A stretch of 26,349 bases of DNA from Candidatus Hydrogenedentota bacterium (GTDB taxonomy: Bacteria; Hydrogenedentota; Hydrogenedentia; Hydrogenedentales; SLHB01), in contig JARKSN010000181.1 of the NCBI GenBank assembly GCA_029974275.1, forward strand, positions 1 to 26,349, read 5' to 3'. Of the stretch, positions 17,484-25,809 are shown in pieces (within the stretch, counting starts at the first letter, position 1; each line of letters begins with the position of its first letter). The notes below the pieces were generated by a model that saw only the letters and a list, made by a program, of their open reading frames with translations, was not told where the DNA came from and ran no database searches. A program made the translations under genes and the position numbers.

Positions 17484-19220
17484 CTACGCCTGTTCGTTGC
17501 GGCCCCGGAAACGTTCGAGCAAAAGCGCGCGGACGTCGCTGGCCGATCCCATCGCCAAAACACGCTTCGCGAACCGGCGCGCCACCGACATGCGGCACGT
17601 CGCAATCTGGGCCCGAACGGCCGGAATGGCCACCGTCGACATGCTCAGCGAATCGACGCCAAGCCCGGCGAGCAACTCGGTGAACAAAGGATCGCCCGCC
17701 ATTTCACCGCACACGGCGCACGGAATCTTCGCCGCTTTCGCCGCGAGAACCGTCTGGCGAATCATGCGCAGGATCGCCGGATGCGCCGGCTCGTACATAT
17801 GGGCGATCCGCTCGTTTCCGCGATCGACGGCCAGGGAATACTGGATCAAATCGTTGGTGCCGAGGCTGAAAAAGTCGGACTCCTTGGCCAGCATATCGGC
17901 CATCGCCACGGCCGAGGGCACTTCGATCATCGACCCAACCTTCACGTTCCTGTCAAACGGGATGGAACGCCGATCCAAATCAAGGCAAACATCGCGGAAA
18001 ATGGCCTTTGCCTGACGCAATTCGTCCACCCCGCTGATGAGCGGAAACATGATCTGCACATTGCCAAACGTCGAAGCCCGAAGCATGGCCCGAAGTTGCG
18101 CCTTAAAAATATCCGGCCGTTCGAGGCAGAACCGGATGGCGCGCCAGCCAAGCTGCGGATTGGTCTCCGGCAGGCTGCGCACATGCGCCACGAACTTATC
18201 CCCGCCGATATCCAGGGTGCGCAACGTCACAGACGATGGATTGAACGCCTCGGCCACCTCGGCATACGCATGAAACTGCTCTTCCTCCGTCGGCAGCGAA
18301 CCGCGGTTCAAAAACAAATACTCGGTCCGGTAAAGCCCCACCCCCATCGCCTTGGTTTTCAGGCTGTGCGCAATCTCGACCGGAAGTTCGATATTGGCCA
18401 AGGTGGGAACAGCGTGCCCATCGAGCGTCGTGCTCACCAGGTTCTCGTCCGCCAACAGCAGCGCTTGACGCCGGGCCTCCTCGCGCTTCTTCTCCGCGCG
18501 GAACCGCTCAAGGGTTTTTTCCTCGGGACGGATGATGACCTGGCCGTGCGTGCCGTCCAAGACCACCATGTCGCCCGGCATGACATGCGCGCCCACATAC
18601 TTCAGGCCGACGACCGCCGGTATCTCGAACGCGCGCGCCAGAATGGCTGTGTGCGACGTCGGACCGCTCATATCGGTTGCGATGCCTAGGGCATTGACCA
18701 GATCGATCTTGGCGGTCTCCGAAGGCGACAGATCATGCGCCACCACGACGCTCGGCGTCTCCAAACGCTCAAGCGTCTGCGCTTCCGCGTTCAAAAGCCG
18801 TTCCAAAACGCGCTGACTTACGTCTACAAGATCGCGCGCGCGCTCTCGAAAACGCGGATCTTCCACCGACTCCAGCAAATTGGAATACCGCCCCACCAGT
18901 TCATCAAGCAAGAACTCGACGTTCAAACCCTCGGAATCAAGCCGCGACTTGATTTCCTCGTGAATGGTGATGTCATCCAGCAGCAAAAGGTGGGCCGCAA
19001 AAATATCGGCATGGTACTGCCCCAACTCCTGCATCGTCTGTTCATGCAGGCGCGTGAGCTCCCCGCGAACCGTTGTGACAGCTTGCTCGAACCGGGCCCA
19101 TTCGGCCTCCTTGTTCTCAACCAGATACCGGGGAATATCGAGTGTGCGTACGCCGAACGGAAGGGCTGGCCCGATGGCAATGCCCGGAGACACGCCAATG
19201 CCGCGCAACACAATTTCCAC
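17484..19220 (-). CDS. ptsI: PTS Enzyme I (phosphoenolpyruvate-protein phosphotransferase)
   Basis: GIGVSPGIAIG, phospho-His motif GPTSHTAILAR, GLYRTEYLF, RTLDIGGDK, NPQLGWRAIR, SLGTNDLIQY, CGEMAGD. No N-terminal GAF domain, so not PtsP. Confidence 0.95.
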   Translation of the reverse strand: MEIVLRGIGVSPGIAIGPALPFGVRTLDIPRYLVENKEAEWARFEQAVTTVRGELTRLHEQTMQELGQYHADIFAAHLLLLDDITIHEEIKSRLDSEGLNVEFLLDELVGRYSNLLESVEDPRFRERARDLVDVSQRVLERLLNAEAQTLERLETPSVVVAHDLSPSETAKIDLVNALGIATDMSGPTSHTAILARAFEIPAVVGLKYVGAHVMPGDMVVLDGTHGQVIIRPEEKTLERFRAEKKREEARRQALLLADENLVSTTLDGHAVPTLANIELPVEIAHSLKTKAMGVGLYRTEYLFLNRGSLPTEEEQFHAYAEVAEAFNPSSVTLRTLDIGGDKFVAHVRSLPETNPQLGWRAIRFCLERPDIFKAQLRAMLRASTFGNVQIMFPLISGVDELRQAKAIFRDVCLDLDRRSIPFDRNVKVGSMIEVPSAVAMADMLAKESDFFSLGTNDLIQYSLAVDRGNERIAHMYEPAHPAILRMIRQTVLAAKAAKIPCAVCGEMAGDPLFTELLAGLGVDSLSMSTVAIPAVRAQIATCRMSVARRFAKRVLAMGSASDVRALLLERFRGRNEQA

Positions 19221-19492
19221 TACGACTCTCCAAAGCCGGCCTGCACAAGCGTGCGCACCGCCTCCAACGCCTCCGCCGCGTCGGGACCGCTGCAGCTCAC
19301 GGACATCCGGCTCCCCTGTGCGGCCGCCAGCGTCAGAAGCCCCATGATGCTTTTCGCGTTCACACGCTGCCCGTTGACCTGGACGTACACGTCGCTCTTG
19401 AACTTCAAGACGACTTGCACGAGGGACGCCGCCGGCCGGGCATGCAATCCCAACGGGTTCACGATGGGCATTTCTTCCGTAAGTTCAGGCAT
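19220..19492 (-). CDS. ptsH: Phosphocarrier protein HPr
   Basis: 90 aa with GLHARPA (His15) and NAKSIMGLLTL (Ser46, the HprK target). Stop overlaps the ptsI GTG. Confidence 0.95.
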   Translation of the reverse strand: MPELTEEMPIVNPLGLHARPAASLVQVVLKFKSDVYVQVNGQRVNAKSIMGLLTLAAAQGSRMSVSCSGPDAAEALEAVRTLVQAGFGES

Positions 19493-19497
19493 ACGCG

Positions 19498-21633
19498 CTA
19501 CGCAATCTCCACGGCTTGCGCCACAATATTCACGGTATGATGTTGGCCGGGGGCGCAATCCAGCCGCCAACAGGGAACCACCACGCTGCCCTGATAAATA
19601 CGCTCTTGTCCGCCTTCCGACTGACTCACCGTGTCAATCGCAAACCGGTGGATATCCGCCGGCGCATCGAAGCGGAGTCCGCACTCCAGTTTCAGCCAAT
19701 CATCACGCAACGCGATGTGCGACAATCCCTTGTCACACCCCCGCTCGCCCAGCTTGGCATACCCCAAATCCCGATCGTCCGACCGATAATACTTGTCGAA
19801 CGCCTTGCCGCTCAACAAATTGAGCCCAAACTCCACGCCAAACAGACACTGAAGCCGTCGCGAAGAAGCATTGAAAATATCATACCGGATTTCGAACGAG
19901 GATGCACGCCGTTTCAACGCGATGTGTTTCGTCACGGTCACCGGCAACGCCTCTTCCAGAAACACAACCCCCTCTCGCGTCAACGCGACCCCAGTCTTGC
20001 CCGCCTTCGCCGTAAATTCCCCCGTCGCGAAATCCCCCAGTTCCGGGACCTGAACGGCCCACAACCGATCGGCCGTGATCCCCAAAGGATAAAAATGGTC
20101 CCGCAAACAGACCCGGCGGTATGGGTCATACACCAAAAACTCCTCCAGGCCGCTCTCCTTCGCCCGGACGAGTTCGTGAATGCTTTGGTCGCCTTCGCCT
20201 ATCTCGCCGATTTGGACATTCCCCATCCGCAGCGCATCGTGATACAACTCATCCCGCCGCGTCAACGTATTGGCAAAATTGAAGCATTTATCCTTGAACG
20301 ACCACTCGAACAACGTTCCGCCATCCAACGGACTCAGCCCCAACGACAAATGAGCATTCTCCAGAATGACCTCGTCGCGGCCGTCCCCATCGAAATCGAG
20401 CGACTCCACGGTCATCCAGTTATCGTCCTTGTGGGCGATGGCATCGAGGACCCTTTCCACTGCGATCAGCCGATCATAGATCGCCGTCCTCAAATGGTTC
20501 AGGTAAAGACCGCCAAAAACGCCATGCCAATACGCGCAATTGCACTGTCCCTCGTGCAGAAGCTGTTCCGCCTTTGAGAGCCGCCGGTCTTTCGTCGCAC
20601 GCAATCGTTCCAGTTTGCCGCTCACGCGCAGCATTTTTTTCTGCATCGTGTTGGATTCCGGGTATTTTGTCAGAAAATTGCGCCAGAACCCGCCGCGAAC
20701 GAAAAGCTTGTCCTCCTTGGCGCGCTCAGGGTCTTGCTTGATGCGTTGCAGGACGCGCGCCAAGAGGCGCTGCGTAGGAACGGGCAGGGCCCATTCCATC
20801 ATTTCTTCGTACGACGCACACGTCAGATATGTCCGGCCCAACGCCGGAATACGCGCCATGTAGTCCGAATAGGTCACCGACTGAACCCACTCCTTATTGT
20901 CCGTCAATGCCTGGAAAAATTCCTCCAGCCAACCCTTTTCGTAGACGCTGCGATAGGTTTCGGGCCAGATGCCGAATTTTTCACCGTCATCGTGGAGCAC
21001 GGCGCAGCGCGTGCCCTCTTCGGTGGCGAGATCGCGCAGGTAGTCTATCGATTCGTACACTTGGTGGAACGGGACCAGATAGCGCAATTTCTCGAGAATC
21101 GGGAAGACACGGAGGGTTTCGCCTTCGTCTTCCGTTACGTAGTAGCCGAACATCCTATCGGGCGAGAGCCCCGAGCACAGAAAATGGGCGTCATCGAGCG
21201 CGGTGTATTCTATGCCGCTTCGTTTCAGAACAGACGGCAGGCGCGGCTCCCAAACGCGCTCGGTGAGCCACATCCCGCGCGGCGGCGCGCCGAAATGTTT
21301 ATCGCAGAAGGCGTTCATGCGCGCGATCTGAGCCAGGGCATCCCGCTCGGGGATCGTGCACAAGAGCGGTTCGTAGTAGGCGCCGCCCATGATCTCGATC
21401 TGTCCTGCGTCGGCCAACGCGCGCAGCCGCCCGATGAACACGGGCTGGTTTTTGAGAAACCAGTCCAGCAGCGGCCCTGTGTAATGCAGGGTGAAACGCA
21501 CGTCGGGATAACGCTCGAGCACGTCGAGAAAAGGCTTATACGCTCGCTCATAGGCGAGTTCGAATACGTGCTCGATATTTCCGACGGGCTGGTGCGAGTG
21601 ACAACCCAAAATCAGGTTGATGCCCTTGGCCAT
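19498..21633 (-). CDS. GH57 family alpha-amylase / 4-alpha-glucanotransferase (with DUF1925/DUF1926-like C-terminus)
   Basis: HSHQPVGN, YYEPLL, GMWLTERVWEP (catalytic Glu), HDDGEKFG (catalytic Asp), SYEEMMEWAL, QCNCAYWHGVFGGLY, TVSQSEGGQERIYQG. Confidence 0.9.
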   Translation of the reverse strand: MAKGINLILGCHSHQPVGNIEHVFELAYERAYKPFLDVLERYPDVRFTLHYTGPLLDWFLKNQPVFIGRLRALADAGQIEIMGGAYYEPLLCTIPERDALAQIARMNAFCDKHFGAPPRGMWLTERVWEPRLPSVLKRSGIEYTALDDAHFLCSGLSPDRMFGYYVTEDEGETLRVFPILEKLRYLVPFHQVYESIDYLRDLATEEGTRCAVLHDDGEKFGIWPETYRSVYEKGWLEEFFQALTDNKEWVQSVTYSDYMARIPALGRTYLTCASYEEMMEWALPVPTQRLLARVLQRIKQDPERAKEDKLFVRGGFWRNFLTKYPESNTMQKKMLRVSGKLERLRATKDRRLSKAEQLLHEGQCNCAYWHGVFGGLYLNHLRTAIYDRLIAVERVLDAIAHKDDNWMTVESLDFDGDGRDEVILENAHLSLGLSPLDGGTLFEWSFKDKCFNFANTLTRRDELYHDALRMGNVQIGEIGEGDQSIHELVRAKESGLEEFLVYDPYRRVCLRDHFYPLGITADRLWAVQVPELGDFATGEFTAKAGKTGVALTREGVVFLEEALPVTVTKHIALKRRASSFEIRYDIFNASSRRLQCLFGVEFGLNLLSGKAFDKYYRSDDRDLGYAKLGERGCDKGLSHIALRDDWLKLECGLRFDAPADIHRFAIDTVSQSEGGQERIYQGSVVVPCWRLDCAPGQHHTVNIVAQAVEIA

Positions 21634-21648
21634 GGTTTTACGTTCCTT

Positions 21649-22536
21649 CTAGCCCGGCTCTTCCACCGGACGCGATATGTCGCGATGTCGCAACCGGACA
21701 TTGTGTTTCAAGTCCCGCAAGAAAACCGTGAGCGCATGCGCAACCGCCACCGATCGATGGCGGCCTCCGGTGCAGCCCACCGCGATGGTCAAATACGCCT
21801 TCGGCTCGCTCGCATACTGCGGCAGCAAGAATTTGAGCAATCCGCGCAAGCGATCCAAAAACTCCTGGGCCGCGGCATTTTCAAGCACATAATCGCGCAC
21901 CGCAGGCTCCTCCCCCGTCCAAGGACGAAGTTCGGGATCGTAAAACGGATTCGGCAAAAAGCGCACGTCGAACACCAAATCGGCTTCCGGAGGCACGCCA
22001 TACTTGAAGCCAAACGAAGTCACCGTGACAAAAAGCTCCCGGGGCCTCCGCTCCCCCCAAAACATGCCGGCGATCCGGTCCCGCAACTCAACCGGCGACA
22101 TCTGGCTCGTGTCGATCACCAAATCCGCACGCGCGCGGACCGGCTCCAACAACAGGCGCTCCCGCCGTATCCCCTCTTCCACCCTGCCCGAACCGGCGCT
22201 GGGATGCCGCCGCCGCGTTTCGCTATACCGATGCACGATGACGTCGTCGGAACTATCCAAAAAAACCGTGTCCACCTTGAGACCCAGTTCGGTCACCTCA
22301 TCCAAATACGCAGGGAGACGATGCAGATCAGCGCCCGATCGGGCGTCGACGCAAACGGCAATGCGCTTGCGATTGCGATCGGCATTGCCGGAGACGAGTT
22401 CGGCGAACGTGCGGACCAACGAAGCGGGCAAGTTGTCGACGCAATAATATCCCAAGTCCTCCAGCAGCCGCATGGCCTGAGACTTGCCAGCCCCCGAAAG
22501 CCCCGTCACAAGCACGAAACGATGGGAATCAGGCAT
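21649..22536 (-). CDS. rapZ: RapZ/YvcJ family P-loop nucleotide-binding protein
   Basis: VTGLSGAGKS, YCVDNLP, RYSETRRRHP, SFGFKYG, DLVFDVRFLPNP, GCTGGRHRSV. Confidence 0.95.
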   Translation of the reverse strand: MPDSHRFVLVTGLSGAGKSQAMRLLEDLGYYCVDNLPASLVRTFAELVSGNADRNRKRIAVCVDARSGADLHRLPAYLDEVTELGLKVDTVFLDSSDDVIVHRYSETRRRHPSAGSGRVEEGIRRERLLLEPVRARADLVIDTSQMSPVELRDRIAGMFWGERRPRELFVTVTSFGFKYGVPPEADLVFDVRFLPNPFYDPELRPWTGEEPAVRDYVLENAAAQEFLDRLRGLLKFLLPQYASEPKAYLTIAVGCTGGRHRSVAVAHALTVFLRDLKHNVRLRHRDISRPVEEPG

Positions 22537-23500
22537 CGTCCGCCACGCTCATCAGGTTCATCAGGCGCTGGTTGAGCCGTTGCGCCGGATGCACGCCCAT
22601 TTCCTTCAAACGATGGTTGAGAGCGGCCACCTCGATGATGATGGCGATGTTGCGTCCCGGCCGCACCGGAATCAACAGATACGGCGCCTTGACATCCAAA
22701 ATCGTCAGGTACTCATCGGTCAGCCCCGTCCGATCATACTGGCCTTCCCGATCCCACTCCTCCAACTCCACCACCATGCCAATACGCTTCGAATTGCGCA
22801 CATACCCAACGCCGTACACGCTTTTCACGTCGATGATGCCGATCCCGCGGATTTCCATGTGATGCTCGATGATCGGGGACGTCTCCGCGTACAACAAATC
22901 CTCGCGACGGCGCTTGATCGTCACCACGTCGTCCGCCACCAGCCGATGCCCGCGCTCGACCAGTTCCAGCGCCGTCTCGCTCTTGCCGATGCCCGGCGCG
23001 CCGACGATGAGGCACCCCACGCCATAACAATCCACCGTCGTCCCATGCACGATGGTTTCCGGCGAGAATTCATCAGCCAAGAACAGAATGATGCGACTGA
23101 TGACTTCATCCGTGGAACGCAGCGAACGCAGCACCGGAATGCCGCGCCGGTTGCACATGTCCAAGAAAAGATTGCGCGGCTTCAGATTGCGCGATAAAAC
23201 GAACGCGGGAATCTCGAACGAAAACATATTGTCCAACCGGCGCTGCAACGCCGACGCAGGCAACTGCTCCATGTAATGCACTTCGGTGTTGCCCAATATC
23301 TGCACGCGGTCATTCGCGAAATAATCAAGGTACCCGCTCAACGCCACCCCGGGACGATTGATATCGGAAATGAAAACAGGACGCCCAATGCCCTGAAATC
23401 CCCCGACGACTTCCAGTTCGAGATCGTCGGACATTTGATCAAGCAGACGGGCCACCGCGATGCTGCTCTTTCGATTGATCGGCAGGTTTTTGGTGTCCAT
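22529..23500 (-). CDS. hprK: HPr(Ser) kinase/phosphorylase
   Basis: INRPGVALSGY, RVQILGNTE, HG..GAPGIGKSETALELVERGHRLVADD, MEIRGIGII, PVRPGRN. ATG 23500 with GAGAGGG RBS. Confidence 0.95.
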   Translation of the reverse strand: MDTKNLPINRKSSIAVARLLDQMSDDLELEVVGGFQGIGRPVFISDINRPGVALSGYLDYFANDRVQILGNTEVHYMEQLPASALQRRLDNMFSFEIPAFVLSRNLKPRNLFLDMCNRRGIPVLRSLRSTDEVISRIILFLADEFSPETIVHGTTVDCYGVGCLIVGAPGIGKSETALELVERGHRLVADDVVTIKRRREDLLYAETSPIIEHHMEIRGIGIIDVKSVYGVGYVRNSKRIGMVVELEEWDREGQYDRTGLTDEYLTILDVKAPYLLIPVRPGRNIAIIIEVAALNHRLKEMGVHPAQRLNQRLMNLMSVADDA

Positions 23501-23575
23501 GCCCTCTCTCTGCGCTCTGTGCGGTTTCAGCCTGCGCGCGGACGCCATGCGGCCACGCTCCAGCGTTCCGCCGAC

Positions 23576-23604
23576 ATCTTACAAAAAAGACGCCGCGCCC
23601 GCAA
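23576..23604 (-). promoter_or_regulatory. Candidate sigma70 promoter for hprK, overlapping the hpf terminator
   Basis: Minus strand TTGCGG (23604-23599), 17-nt spacer, TAAGAT (23581-23576). Confidence 0.45.
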
Positions 23605-23626
23605 AGGGAAACGCGACGTCTTTTTT
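23583..23626 (-). terminator. Intrinsic terminator after hpf
   Basis: Minus-strand RNA GACGUCGCG...CGCGGCGUC (9 bp with one U-G pair) followed by U6. A6/T6 flanks on both sides. Confidence 0.75.
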
Positions 23627-23635
23627 CGTGTCCGG

Positions 23636-24196
23636 TTAGAACTGAGGTTCGATTAGGCCATACGTGCCATTATCATGCGCGTAGAGCACATTCACCTGAT
23701 TCGTGTCCGCATTCGTGAAGACAATGAACTTGTCGCTGGCCAACTCCAACTGCATGACCGCCTCATCGACGCTCATGGGCTTCATATCGATCGTCTCATG
23801 CTCGATCACGCGATGCGTGCCGCGCTCCGCGCCATTGCCGCCCTCTTCCGACTCCGCCACATGAATGATGTTGTGCAGAAACTCGCGTTCCTGCGCGGAC
23901 TTACGCGGCTTGTAGTCCTTAATGCGCGACTTGTACCGATTGATCTGCTTGTCCAGCTTCTCGATAACCGCATCGATCGATCCATACATGTCTTCCGAAG
24001 ACTCTTCCCCATGGATGCGAAGCCCATTGGCGTGCACCGTAATCTCGGCGATATGGCGATGTTTTTCCACGCTGAGCACGACATCGACATCGATCAACCG
24101 ATCAAAATGACTCTTCAGCTTCGCCAGTCGGCTTTCCGTGTGCGCTTTCAGGGTGTCCGACATTTCCATGTGCCGGCCCGTCATGGTGACCCGCAT
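23636..24196 (-). CDS. hpf: Ribosome hibernation promoting factor, long form (HPF/RaiA)
   Basis: MRVTMTGRHMEMSDTLK, DMYGSIDAVIEKLDKQINRYK, C-terminal dimerisation domain KPMSVDEAVMQLEL..F..VNVLY..YGLIEP. GGAGG RBS. Confidence 0.93.
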   Translation of the reverse strand: MRVTMTGRHMEMSDTLKAHTESRLAKLKSHFDRLIDVDVVLSVEKHRHIAEITVHANGLRIHGEESSEDMYGSIDAVIEKLDKQINRYKSRIKDYKPRKSAQEREFLHNIIHVAESEEGGNGAERGTHRVIEHETIDMKPMSVDEAVMQLELASDKFIVFTNADTNQVNVLYAHDNGTYGLIEPQF

Positions 24197-24247
24197 ATTC
24201 GCTTTTCCTCCACTACGCGGCACGCCCCGTCCCATGGTCCGCGCCGA

Positions 24248-24339
24248 CGCGTTCCGCCTTACGTATGCCGTTCGAAATACACGCACTAAGACAACGAGCG
24301 CGCCCGCTCCCCGTGTCTTGCCGTTGAGCAGCGGACGCG
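24248..24339 (-). promoter_or_regulatory. Candidate structured 5' leader RNA of hpf (multibranch fold)
   Basis: Closing helix CGCGUCCGC (24339-24331) / GCGGAACGCG (24257-24248) encloses hairpin AAGACA..GAGCG-GGCG-CGCUC..UGUCUU (24319-24288) and a weaker hairpin (24284-24261). Folded by eye only. Confidence 0.35.
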
Positions 24340-24355
24340 ACTTCATCTTAAATGG

Positions 24356-24385
24356 ATAGTAGCACTCAGGCATTGGCGGTGTCAA
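24356..24385 (-). promoter_or_regulatory. Sigma70 promoter for hpf
   Basis: Minus strand TTGACA (24385-24380), 18-nt spacer ending in TGc, then TACTAT (24361-24356). Confidence 0.7.
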
Positions 24386-24477
24386 TTCGACGAATTGCCC
24401 TCATCGTGGGAGCCCTCCCCGACAGCGGAGAAGGAAACGGAGAGAAAATTCCGAAAGATGTTCCCATTGGACGTGCG

Positions 24478-24486
24478 TGCTATACT
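24478..24486 (+). promoter_or_regulatory. Candidate extended -10 promoter for the GHMP kinase
   Basis: TGcTATACT about 117 nt upstream of ATG 24603. No good -35. Confidence 0.45.
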
Positions 24487-24602
24487 CCTTTTCGTTGTTC
24501 GGTCATCCGAAACCGTACGACAAAGATCGTTTCAATGCGCATCCCGCCAATAGTGCGGGCAAAGAGCGGAGGCCTCAGATCCGCCGGGGAGAGGAACATC
24601 GC

Positions 24603-25649
24603 ATGGCCGTCAAATGGCGTCGCATCATCAACGCAACCGCGCCGATCCGCATTTGCGATCTCGGCGGCTGGACCGATACCTGGTTTGCCGAAACGGGTGC
24701 CGTGCTCAACATCGGCGTCTATCCCTACGCCGAAGTGCAAATCTACGTGACGATGTGCGAGCGAGGATGCCCCCGCGTCATCGTCAATGCGGACAATTTC
24801 GGCGATCGCTACCATTTCCGCACAGACCGCGACGGCTACGACCGACACCCCCTGATCGAGGCCGCCATACGGATGATGGAAATTCCCCAAGAGTTGTGCT
24901 TTGAAGTCAACCTCTATTCGTCGGCCCCTGCGGGTTGTTCGACCGGCACCTCCGCCGCGGTGAGCGTTGCCCTTCTCGGAGCGCTCGATCTGCTGACCCC
25001 CGGCCAACGCACCGCTCACGAAATCGCCGCCTTGGCCCACCGCGTCGAAACCGAGATGCTCGGCCTCCAATGCGGCATCCAGGACCAGTTGAGTTCCGCC
25101 TACGGCGGCATTTGCTTCATCGAAATGTTCCAATACCCGCACGCCTCCGTCTCGCAAATATTCGTCTCCAACAACATCTGGTGGGAATTGGAGCGACGTC
25201 TCGTTCTCGTTTACCTAGGACAATCACACGCCTCCAGCGCCGTCCACGCCCAAGTTATCCAACGCCTCGAGCAAAAAGACGCGGACAAAAGCGCGCTGGA
25301 ATCGTTGCGCCGCGCCGCCCACAAGGGAAAAAACGCCATTATGCAAGGTGATTTCCTCTTGCTGGCCCGCGCCATGATGGAAAACACCGAGGCCCAGGCG
25401 GAACTCCACCCAGCCCTCGTGTCCGAAGACGCCAAGCAGATTATCGCGCTGGCGCAAGAGCACGGGGCGATTGGATGGAAAGTCAACGGCGCCGGTGGAG
25501 AAGGCGGTTCCCTCACCATCTTGTGCGGACCCGAAGGCGAGCGCAAGCGTTCTTTCGTACAGGCCTTGTCGGCGCTAAATCCCAAATACCAGGCTATCCC
25601 ATTGTATCTATCGCGTTTCGGGTTGCGGCGATGGGAATGCGTCGAATAA
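24603..25649 (+). CDS. GHMP family sugar kinase (HddA/heptose-7-phosphate kinase-like)
   Basis: APIRICDLGGWTD, ATP loop APAGCSTGTSAA, GIQDQ, GWKVNGAGGEGG. GAGAGGA RBS before ATG 24603. Confidence 0.82.
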   Translation: MAVKWRRIINATAPIRICDLGGWTDTWFAETGAVLNIGVYPYAEVQIYVTMCERGCPRVIVNADNFGDRYHFRTDRDGYDRHPLIEAAIRMMEIPQELCFEVNLYSSAPAGCSTGTSAAVSVALLGALDLLTPGQRTAHEIAALAHRVETEMLGLQCGIQDQLSSAYGGICFIEMFQYPHASVSQIFVSNNIWWELERRLVLVYLGQSHASSAVHAQVIQRLEQKDADKSALESLRRAAHKGKNAIMQGDFLLLARAMMENTEAQAELHPALVSEDAKQIIALAQEHGAIGWKVNGAGGEGGSLTILCGPEGERKRSFVQALSALNPKYQAIPLYLSRFGLRRWECVE

Positions 25650-25750
25650 CGGATATCCCGGAATTTCGGCTGTTCCAATGGACTACCACCATTTGTGTGC
25701 CGATTCGAAAAAAATACAAAGTCTAGGGGGCAGAGGGGAAATCAGCACCA

Positions 25751-25762
25751 CGAAACGTTTCA
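25751..25762. promoter_or_regulatory. LacI-family-like operator palindrome upstream of the -35
   Basis: cGAAACGTTTCa contains a perfect 10-bp palindrome (25752-25761) with a central CG. Confidence 0.45.
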
Positions 25763-25780
25763 TTTTTAGGATTCTTTTCC

Positions 25781-25809
25781 TTGACAACGGAGATTTCTGC
25801 TAGTAGAAT
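25781..25809 (+). promoter_or_regulatory. Near-consensus sigma70 promoter for the downstream secreted protein
   Basis: TTGACA (25781-25786), 17 nt, TAGAAT (25804-25809), in an AT-rich intergenic region. Confidence 0.8.

Noticed and set aside
20734..22575. 613-aa plus-strand ORF (likewise 3382-4614, 18735-19823, 19516-20577)
   Set aside because: Antisense to well-supported genes, with no family motifs.
24197..24350. Known raiA-motif ncRNA upstream of hpf
   Set aside because: The leader appears shorter and lacks the conserved sequence blocks I recall for that motif. A formal Rfam scan was not possible.
24197..24385. N-terminal extension of HPF in the ORF track (similar extensions for HPr, ispF, recN, hprK, GHMP kinase, DUF167)
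   Set aside because: Downstream starts have RBSs and/or match family N-termini. The hpf extension begins inside the promoter -35.
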